NCBI RefSeq assembly: GCF_000018305.1
Contig: NC_009954.1
Coordinates: 210,001-242,000, forward strand
DNA from: Caldivirga maquilingensis IC-167
GTDB lineage: Archaea > Thermoproteota > Thermoprotei > Thermoproteales > Thermocladiaceae
Direction: 5' to 3'
Length of the DNA stretch: 32,000 bases
In this document: piece by piece, positions 17,049-24,242 of the stretch
How positions within the stretch are numbered: position 1 is the first letter of the stretch
How the letters are laid out: every line of letters starts with the position of its first letter
Translations under genes and position numbers: made by a program
Notes under the pieces: generated by a model
What the model was told of the DNA's origin: nothing
Databases searched by the model: none
What the model saw: only the letters and a program-made list of their open reading frames with translations

Positions 17049-18199
17049 GCAGCAACACCGCTTAGGAAGGCTTCAATAACATCCCCAACCTTAACCCTGT
17101 ACCCTGAGTCATTAAGAGCCTTGGCAAGCGCAGTTAATGCAGTAACCATGGCGTTTACAGATGCGGTGTAACCCATGTGCCCTATCCTCAATACCCTACC
17201 CTTAAGCACACCCCAGGAGCCCGCTATTAATGCACCGTATTTTAACGCAGCCTCCCTAATAGCCACGTCACTTAGGCCGTTGGGTACGTAGAATGCTGTT
17301 ACCGTTGGGCTTGAGTACTCATCCCTCTCCGGTACTAGTTTAAGGCCCATTGCCCTCACAGCCTCCACGACACCCCTTGACACTGCCCTATGCCTCATGT
17401 AAACGTTACTGAACCCCTCCTCATTAATTAACCTCAGTGATTCAAGCAGTGCATTGATTAATGGTTCACTGTGGGTGTATGGGAACTCACCCTTCTCGAT
17501 AACATTCCTCCACAGTCTAATGTTTAGGTAAAACCCCCTGTAATTAACCCTCTCAGCCTCATCCCAAGCCTCATTACTAATCACCATTATTGTTAAGCCC
17601 GATGGTAGGTTAAGCACCTTTTGACTACCCCCAATTAACACATCAATACCCCATGCAGTGTTAACCTCAACACCCCCAATTGATGAGACAGCGTCAACAA
17701 TAAGCAACCTACCCTCAGACTTAACTACGCCTGCTATCTCCTTAAGGTTATTCAATGTGCCGCTGGGCGTCTCGCAATGAACCATGGTGACTACCTTAGC
17801 CTCCTTAGCCTCATTACGTAGGAACACCCTAACCTTATCTGGGTCAAGTAATTCACTGTAGTTAACCCTATGTATGATTGGTGATCCACCATATGGTGAA
17901 ACAAGGTCCGCGAAGGCATCACCAAACATACCATTACTTAATACGGCCACCTTATCACCGGCCTTAATTAAATTAGCCACAGCGGCCTCAAGCCCACTCA
18001 TGGCTTCACCAACCCATACTACCACATTATCCTTACTTGAACCAACCATACTAGCTATAATACCCCTAGCCTCATCATAACGCCTAAAGAAGTCTGGATC
18101 CAAGTCAGGGTTAGTGGTGCGCTTAGCCATAGCCAGTAGAATCCTCTGCGGTATCTCGGTTGGACCGGGGGTGGCTATTAATGGATCAATCGTTAACAT
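17045..18199 (-). CDS. Class-V pyridoxal-phosphate aminotransferase (serine-pyruvate / alanine-glyoxylate type)
   Basis: ATPGPTEIPQRIL, MVHCETPSGTLN, DAVSSIGG, and GGSQKVLNLPSGL (PLP lysine). Size 384 aa. Confidence 0.85.
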   Translation of the reverse strand: MLTIDPLIATPGPTEIPQRILLAMAKRTTNPDLDPDFFRRYDEARGIIASMVGSSKDNVVVWVGEAMSGLEAAVANLIKAGDKVAVLSNGMFGDAFADLVSPYGGSPIIHRVNYSELLDPDKVRVFLRNEAKEAKVVTMVHCETPSGTLNNLKEIAGVVKSEGRLLIVDAVSSIGGVEVNTAWGIDVLIGGSQKVLNLPSGLTIMVISNEAWDEAERVNYRGFYLNIRLWRNVIEKGEFPYTHSEPLINALLESLRLINEEGFSNVYMRHRAVSRGVVEAVRAMGLKLVPERDEYSSPTVTAFYVPNGLSDVAIREAALKYGALIAGSWGVLKGRVLRIGHMGYTASVNAMVTALTALAKALNDSGYRVKVGDVIEAFLSGVAA

Positions 18200-18655
18200 G
18201 GTTCAATGCAACAGTTTTAGGGTAAATAAGCGTTGTTTAACGTTAAATACCGCCTACCCGCTCCTCATTAATCCGGGGTTACTTTAACCATGAGGGGCGC
18301 CTCTTAAACAATTCTCATATTTAGGGAAACTAAGTTGAGGAGGACCAGAATAAGGGACTTTTACTGCAACTATATAGCTTTAATTCCCTACCACCTCTTT
18401 ATGTGAATCCTCTAACAGCATTCCCCTACCCATGGGCATGTTGAGTATTTTAACTCTTAGGCATCATTAGTATTCTGTTTCACGAATATTTTAAGTGGCA
18501 CTATTGAGGGTTTACTTTAAGGGATGTGTTAAGTATGGTTTCTCTGAGGAATTAGCGTGTAGGCTCTTGATTAATCATACCTCAACTGCTTTAGCATTAA
18601 GTTTATATTACTAAACCGTGTTTATAGCTTGGTGCAGAGGCGTAGATTAGGCTAC

Positions 18656-18796
18656 ATGAAGATTAAGGAGTACCTTGGAATAACTAGGTTTGAGTTCATT
18701 CCCATTGATAGGGAGACGGCTCTTAAGATACTTAAGGGCGAGGTTAATGCCAGTGAGGTTATTGTTAAGGTTAAGGAGAGTAAACACAAACAATGA
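18656..18796 (+). CDS. 46-codon ORF, possibly the frameshifted N-terminus of the downstream retropepsin-like gene
   Basis: MKIKEYLGITRFEFIPIDRETALKILKGEVNASEVIVKVKESKHKQ* looks protein-like. In contrast, the overlapping N-terminal 35 codons of the tracked ORF (18690 frame) are an Arg/Leu-rich off-frame-looking string. Confidence 0.3.
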   Translation: MKIKEYLGITRFEFIPIDRETALKILKGEVNASEVIVKVKESKHKQ

Positions 18797-19160
18797 GACT
18801 TTGGTGAAGGCCATTGTTAATACAGGTTTCATAAGTGATGATCCAGAGATTGCATTACCCATAGTAGTAGCTGAGAGGCTGGGACTTTGGCCAAGGCCTA
18901 GTGAGGCCATTAATGCATCCCTAGACACAGGCGGTGGGTCTGTGGAGGTCTATGTAGTGCCCCGGTCATTGATTGTTAATGTCATTACCGAGGATAAGAT
19001 CAGTGATTCTATCATAGCCAACGCATTGATCGATCCATATATTGATGAAACATTAATTAACGATGCACTCACTGAGGAGCTACGAATCGAAATACTAAGC
19101 CCCCGGAGTGGTTTATGGAGATTCTCGGGTGAAGCTATCATAAGGCGTAGTGCCCAATGA
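18690..19160 (+). CDS. Retropepsin-like (clan AA aspartic protease fold) protein; 5' end uncertain, possibly a frameshifted pseudogene
   Basis: From ETLVKAIVNTGFISDDPEIALPIVVAERLGLWP onward it resembles small archaeal retropepsin-like proteins (hh-DTGF-x-lP---a--LGL). Here the motif reads NTGF, and a DTGGG lies 38 residues later. The only in-frame starts near the domain are TTG at 18801 and GTG at 18804. Confidence 0.45.
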   Translation: MSSFPLIGRRLLRYLRARLMPVRLLLRLRRVNTNNETLVKAIVNTGFISDDPEIALPIVVAERLGLWPRPSEAINASLDTGGGSVEVYVVPRSLIVNVITEDKISDSIIANALIDPYIDETLINDALTEELRIEILSPRSGLWRFSGEAIIRRSAQ

Positions 19161-19391
19161 TTCAGTTTAGTTAAGCGTAATCACTAGGATTCGAAGCATT
19201 ATGTAAATAATGTAGTACTTAGTTGCATGGATCATTAAGAACCCTACTAGTTGAAACCCTCCCTAAATGATCAACGGATCTAGCACTTAATGAACGCATC
19301 ATTAAGGAACTGTGCAATCATAGGGTAGTAAGCTTAATTCATTAAAATAACGCAATACTTATTAATAGGGAGAAGTAATGTGAATGCTTAA

Positions 19392-21083
19392 ATGAGTATG
19401 AACAATGCTATGGTATTTTCAGTATGGGTTATTATGATGTTACTAGTAATTATGATGCTTACCACGTATAATATTGCCCTAGCGCAATCAATGGGCTCAA
19501 TAATCATATTTGATAATAATCAAGTCACCTTATTTGTAAACTTGACAGCGCATGTCGAAGGGTATACGGTTGTTCATGTTAATGGGAGTTACGTGGCTTC
19601 GGTGATTGAATCATTGAGTAGTTCATGTAATTTAACCAGTTATAGAATCATTAGTATTAATGGTGATTACGTAAACTTAATTCTAAACTTCCCACCGTTA
19701 TACTTAATGAGGAATTGGAGCCTAACATGTAACTTAACGTCATTATTAATTATCCTAGCCAAGCCCATTAGAATTTCATCACTATCATTCCCAACACTTA
19801 GAATAATTAATAATGCCTCAGGAATAATTAATGCAAGTAGATTAACGATGCGTATTACTGCGGGTTTAAACCAACCCTATGTTGCGTTAGTATACATTCT
19901 AATCATGGTGCCGGCCCCATTAGCCGCATATGTAATTAATGGCGTATACCTACGTAGATTAAAGGGGGTTGTTAGGTTTTACGCCTTCTCCCTATTAGGT
20001 AACCTAATACCCATGAGCATCTTTACTGCAACATATGTATCATCCATAGTGTTTCTAGACCCCATCGACCCCATGGCGGTTGCTTTACATTACCTAATAC
20101 CCCAATTAAACCCCCTTGAACTTATCGTAATCTCAATAGTGGTGATTACGCTTCTGGCGTTAATACCATCAATAGCGATTACGAGTCATTATAGGAGGAT
20201 TATTCTAAAGGAATCTAAACCATATATTGAAAGAATCACTAACCCAAGGGGGATTAGAAAGGCTGCGAGAATCATATCAACTGCCACCATACCCTTTATT
20301 GCCCTCACCGTGGCTTTAAACATACTGGTAATGAGTATTCATCAAATACCTGTATTAATTAAGTATGCTTTATCAGGCATGGTTACTGCTACATTAGCCT
20401 TCGCATTACCAAGCATGTTAGTTACTGGGATATTATTCAGGGGAGGTGAGTTTAATCAAGAGTTAACTAGGTTATCAAGTGAAATTTGGGTAATGCTTAA
20501 GGCTAAGGGTTCTTCACCCAGGGTTTACGTGGTTGATGATGTACTTGGGTCAGTTTACAATGCTGCAGCAACCTGGGGTAATAGGGTTTTCGTGAGCAGG
20601 AAATTACTTGAGTTAGTTAATGATGAGGAGTTAAGAAGTATACTTGTGCATGAATTAGGTCACTTGAAGCATAATCACCTCAAGTTAATACTAATCACAG
20701 GCGTAATAATCATAGCCGCATTTATATTCACCATTGAGTTACTGTACTCCAGTAATAACTCAACCCTATTCACTCTACTCATTGCAATTGCACCGATTAC
20801 AGTACTATTACTGACAAGGCTACTGTTAAGAAGCGCCGAGAAGAGCGCCGATGCTGAAATACTTGAGGCTGGTTTCAATCCAAGAGCATACATATCTGCA
20901 CTGGGTAAACTAGCTAGGATCACTGAATTTCCTAATGACATCGACACCATGAGCAAGGCATTACTCACCCACCCAACACCCCTATCCAGGGCTCTTAGAA
21001 TAGCTGATGAGTACGGAATACCTAGGGAGGAAGCCATTAGAATATTCCATGGTCAAGTTGATTATAGGTCAATGAAGAATTAA
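19392..21083 (+). CDS. Polytopic membrane M48-family (HtpX/Ste24-like) zinc metalloprotease with a long N-terminal extension
   Basis: HEXXH as LVHELGHLKHNH (HELGH at 20649-20663, residues 420-424). Multiple TM segments lie on both sides. The N-terminal signal/TM segment is followed by a ~150-aa non-hydrophobic domain. Confidence 0.72.
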   Translation: MSMNNAMVFSVWVIMMLLVIMMLTTYNIALAQSMGSIIIFDNNQVTLFVNLTAHVEGYTVVHVNGSYVASVIESLSSSCNLTSYRIISINGDYVNLILNFPPLYLMRNWSLTCNLTSLLIILAKPIRISSLSFPTLRIINNASGIINASRLTMRITAGLNQPYVALVYILIMVPAPLAAYVINGVYLRRLKGVVRFYAFSLLGNLIPMSIFTATYVSSIVFLDPIDPMAVALHYLIPQLNPLELIVISIVVITLLALIPSIAITSHYRRIILKESKPYIERITNPRGIRKAARIISTATIPFIALTVALNILVMSIHQIPVLIKYALSGMVTATLAFALPSMLVTGILFRGGEFNQELTRLSSEIWVMLKAKGSSPRVYVVDDVLGSVYNAAATWGNRVFVSRKLLELVNDEELRSILVHELGHLKHNHLKLILITGVIIIAAFIFTIELLYSSNNSTLFTLLIAIAPITVLLLTRLLLRSAEKSADAEILEAGFNPRAYISALGKLARITEFPNDIDTMSKALLTHPTPLSRALRIADEYGIPREEAIRIFHGQVDYRSMKN

Positions 21084-21298
21084 GATTCATGTTTAAGCGG
21101 AGAATCCCATATATTTAGATAGTTACTGTTAATGTATGATTCAATACCATGATAAAGTAATGATCCTTACATTATTTAAGTGAAATCAAATATCCTGTCT
21201 TCTCGGAAATTTAATAAAACTATAGGGAATCCAAGGAACTCATAATGAAGTATTAAGACTAGTGGCTTAGCGATTAATGTGCATAAGGTTAAAGGAAG

Positions 21299-22468
21299 GT
21301 GTTAAAAACTAGGTTATACTACATAATTATAATGCTTATTCGTGAGATTAATCGTGGTGGTACTAGGGGGTCTGAATACGCATATGTTATGTTAAATAAT
21401 GAGTTAGTTCATGTTTCGGAGGCAGGTAAGAGAATTAGATGTGATGGTGATTTATGCGTATATGAGGTTTTAGCCAATGTTAATTATGTTTACTTCTTCT
21501 CCTTCAGTAGAAGTGGCTATAGTTCCGTTGTAAGATGTTTGCCTGGTGATTATCCCGACATTATGATAGACAACAGCATATGTGAGGTTAAGGATGTTGA
21601 GGAGGTGCTCAATACCTGGCTTAGGGGTATTAAGTTTAGGATTAGAGATCCAGAGTTGAACAAACTACTCAATGAGTTGAATTCGGACTTCGCGATCATG
21701 TCTAGTGAGGTAAAGAGTTACTGGGGATCCGTGGGTGGTGTGTTCAAGGCTGTAGGTCACGCTGCCCGGTTTAATGAGTTTCTTAAGGATCCGAGGATTT
21801 ATTACTTCACAGGGATGAGCATACCCAATGATAATGGTAGGGTTAGAAGTATTAAGGTCCTAATGTCCATAATGTATGAGAACTGGGTAGCTATGAAGAC
21901 CGCTAAGGTGCTGGGTGTTAGAGGTCTCATTAGGAGGAGTTGGGAAGCAAACACAACTAGCTCTATTAGCATGTGGTTTGAGCAGGGTAGTGATAACAGT
22001 TTCGCCATACTGGATACTACGTATGGTCCCATTACCATGTGGATTGAGTTCCAGTGGGATCCAGCTATTCACGTATTTCTTGACGCTGAGATAATTAAAA
22101 AGAATGGTAAACTGAAGTTCATTAGGAAGCCAGGAAGGAAGGCTGTTAGGCCAGATATAGTACTAGTTAAGGGAGCATTCGATAACGTGAATGCCTTAAT
22201 GCAAGCTAATAAAGATATTGACGTATTAATAGAGTGTAAGACCTTGCCTTACAATGAATGGGCTTCTGATGCGGATGAACAGGTAATGCAATACCTAAGT
22301 AACTTCAGACCCAAGAATATGGCATTAATCACAAGGTACGGCATACCAATCAACATTAAGAATAAGTTGACGAAATATGGAATAAGGGTTATAGATAACG
22401 TAAAACCAAGTAGCATGATAGAGAATGAATTAAGTAATTTCATTCAAAACGCCTTTAGCAGTCTATAA
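21299..22468 (+). CDS. Hypothetical protein with a C-terminal PD-(D/E)xK nuclease-fold signature
   Basis: MYENWVAMK (helix with E), VRPDIVLV (D286, nt 22154), DVLIECKT (E312-x-K314), then EQVMQY (QxxxY, 22280-22294). The order and spacing fit RecB/McrC/restriction-endonuclease-like domains. The start is uncertain (GTG at 21299 or ATG at 21332). Confidence 0.55.
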   Translation: MLKTRLYYIIIMLIREINRGGTRGSEYAYVMLNNELVHVSEAGKRIRCDGDLCVYEVLANVNYVYFFSFSRSGYSSVVRCLPGDYPDIMIDNSICEVKDVEEVLNTWLRGIKFRIRDPELNKLLNELNSDFAIMSSEVKSYWGSVGGVFKAVGHAARFNEFLKDPRIYYFTGMSIPNDNGRVRSIKVLMSIMYENWVAMKTAKVLGVRGLIRRSWEANTTSSISMWFEQGSDNSFAILDTTYGPITMWIEFQWDPAIHVFLDAEIIKKNGKLKFIRKPGRKAVRPDIVLVKGAFDNVNALMQANKDIDVLIECKTLPYNEWASDADEQVMQYLSNFRPKNMALITRYGIPINIKNKLTKYGIRVIDNVKPSSMIENELSNFIQNAFSSL

Positions 22469-22507
22469 CACCATGCCCAGCACATGGCCTACACATACTT
22501 TGATGAC

Positions 22508-22870
22508 CTTTCTAATCCCTTTTGGGATTTTCTTTCTCTCTCTTTCACACTACGTACATGGATACAGATATATCTTTCTAATCCCTTTTGGGATTTTCTA
22601 GTGACACGAAGTTCACTGTATTCGACATTAAGGTAGACTATACTTTCTAATCCCTTTTGGGATTTTCTTGTTTGGTTGAGAATCTGCTCAATAGCGGAGT
22701 AAGCCGATCTTTCTAATCCCTTTTGGGATTTTCATGAAAAATTCATGTTAAATTAATTAGAAAAATCATGATTTTCACTTTCTAATCCCTTTTGGGATTT
22801 TCTTCACAGTCGGTAACTGCCACACCTGGTTACCGTTAAACCCCACTTTCTAATCCCTTTTGGGATTTTC
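22508..22870 (-). CRISPR. CRISPR array, 6 repeats / 5 spacers
   Basis: Six identical copies of CTTTCTAATCCCTTTTGGGATTTTC (25 nt) start at 22508, 22574, 22643, 22709, 22778 and 22846. The spacers are 41, 44, 41, 44 and 43 nt and all differ. The repeat core is the palindrome AATCCC-TTTT-GGGATT. The reverse complement GAAAATCCCAAAAGGGATTAGAAAG ends like the crenarchaeal ...ATTGAAAG repeats, so I orient it on the minus strand. Confidence 0.95.
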
Positions 22871-23160
22871 CGATTTATTGGCTTTTTTAGGGTTTTTAAA
22901 TTTTACCCTATTACTTGCTTTACTCACCATCAGCACACACCATTCCACCATCCCACACCCCCACATTACTGTGCTGATGATAAACCATAACCACCCAATG
23001 GTTGTGCTAATTGAAAGAAATGAAGAATGAAAATGAAACTGTGCCAATGATAATATATAGAATATATATTCAATAGTAGGAGGATGGCCAATGTAAATGG
23101 TGAGTGTTTTGGTGATTGTGGATATAAGTGAGTGTGTTGGTTTAATCATTATAAGGCCTT
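22871..23160 (-). promoter_or_regulatory. Putative CRISPR leader
   Basis: This non-coding AT-rich sequence abuts the repeat that is 5'-most in the inferred transcription direction. It contains TATA-like ATATATAGAATATATAT. The 99-aa ORF here (22850-23149) reads into a repeat and is not credible. Confidence 0.45.
22928..22979. repeat. 10-bp perfect inverted repeat CATCAGCACA / TGTGCTGATG in the leader
   Basis: The arms lie at 22928-22937 and 22970-22979, separated by a 32-nt G-free loop. Related TGTGCTGAT and TGTGCTAAT copies lie near 23211 and 23001. Confidence 0.6.
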
Positions 23161-23716
23161 ATCTAGCCATAAGGTGTCTTATGCTTAATGCTGGAGTTGG
23201 GGGTTGTTGATGTGCTGATTGGTATAGGCCTTAGGCTGGTTAACATGGTATGAGGGCTAATGGTAGTATGGTTATGGATCCTAGTGGTGATGCTATATTA
23301 CTTAAGAAGACTATTAGTGGTATTGTACTCCATGAGTGTTGCAATGCTTGACTTCAATTATATTAACATGAATATGAGCTAGACGCTATGATGCCTAGGA
23401 TAAGGTTAAGTTGTATTATTAGTTAAAAGCTTGTTAACTTTAGTGAGCATCAGTTCGTATTGAAGAAGCCTAATTAATAAAACTACATTGATTTGCAATT
23501 CTGGTAACTAACACCCCTTAAATAATTCCCTATCTAAAGGCGATACTTAGTATTCGTATTAGTGATTGCCGTAGTTGCAATAAGTGTATCTTAAAGTAGT
23601 GAATTGATGTTAGTGAGCTTAGGTTAAGGTTGGTGGAATACTTTCTCAATGCTCGGTGGCTTGGAAATGATAATCGTGAATTCATTTTTCATAGGGGTGT
23701 TGCTTATGTTGAGTAT

Positions 23717-24088
23717 TCAGCCCTTTAACTCGATTTTATAAATCCTTAATGGTTCCATGGCCTTATCATCAACGTAAATATAGAAGATTAATGAGCCGGG
23801 CACAATATACCTTACATCCTCCACCGACATCTCCACTCTATCACTCGGTACCTTAGCCCCCGCTACCCTTAGGGCTATTGCTGATTCCTTATTATTAAGC
23901 ATGTTGAATATTTTAAGGCCTTGGGCGACGTAATCGTTGAATTCGTTTATGAAGGATTTAAGTGGAATCTCGGTGAATTTAACTATGGCCATCTCCTCCT
24001 CAGTTAATATTGCCGGTGTGAACCAATCTATTAGAAGTATTCTGCCTGTCTCCTTACCTGATTTCTTCTGCCTCTCCTCAAGTAACAT
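23717..24088 (-). CDS. Hypothetical protein (123 aa)
   Basis: The ORF has a plausible TATA box (minus-strand CTTTTAAAC) about 20-27 nt upstream of the ATG at 24088. No motif recognised. Confidence 0.5.
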   Translation of the reverse strand: MLLEERQKKSGKETGRILLIDWFTPAILTEEEMAIVKFTEIPLKSFINEFNDYVAQGLKIFNMLNNKESAIALRVAGAKVPSDRVEMSVEDVRYIVPGSLIFYIYVDDKAMEPLRIYKIELKG

Positions 24089-24214
24089 TAATTAGATACT
24101 TGGCTTATTTGTTTAAAAGCTTTAAGCAGTGGTCTTATGAGTGTTATTGGGAAATATGGTATCACTTTCATAATTATGAATATAGTGCACTCAGTATATT
24201 GCCATAAATAATCC

Positions 24215-24220
24215 TTATAA
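24215..24220 (+). promoter_or_regulatory. TATA box for hppA
   Basis: CCTTATAAG lies with TTATAA 23-28 nt upstream of the ATG at 24243. Confidence 0.45.
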
Positions 24221-24242
24221 GACCTATTTACTAATCCATAGT

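Noticed and set aside
18647-18928. 93-aa minus-strand ORF (and 18950-19141) opposite the retropepsin-like gene
   Set aside because: It is antisense to a region with a recognisable domain pattern, and has no motif or promoter signal.
21299-22468. Cas4 assignment for the nuclease-signature protein beside the array
   Set aside because: Cas4 is ~200 aa with a four-Cys FeS cluster flanking the PD-(D/E)xK core. This protein is 389 aa and has no Cys after the QxxxY motif.
22990-23016. Plus-strand ...GGTTGTGCTAATTGAAAG, ending in the canonical crenarchaeal repeat terminus ATTGAAAG
   Set aside because: It occurs only once with no periodic copies. It could be a relic of another repeat family but cannot be supported.
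22850-23149. 99-aa minus-strand ORF next to the CRISPR array
   Set aside because: Its 3' end reads through a CRISPR repeat. It also lies on the compositionally skewed leader sequence, which explains the open frame.
23640-23670. CTTTCTCAATGCTCGGTGG resembling the first third of the CRISPR repeat, and GGCTTTTTTAGGGTTTTT at 22880-22897
   Set aside because: Only about 13 of 19 positions match after an indel, and neither is spaced one spacer away from the array. This is not convincing as degenerate repeats.
18200-24242. Possibility that the AT-rich block from the retropepsin-like gene to the 123-aa gene is an integrated element
   Set aside because: I could find no integrase, tRNA target, or flanking direct repeats. 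The compositional difference was judged by eye only.
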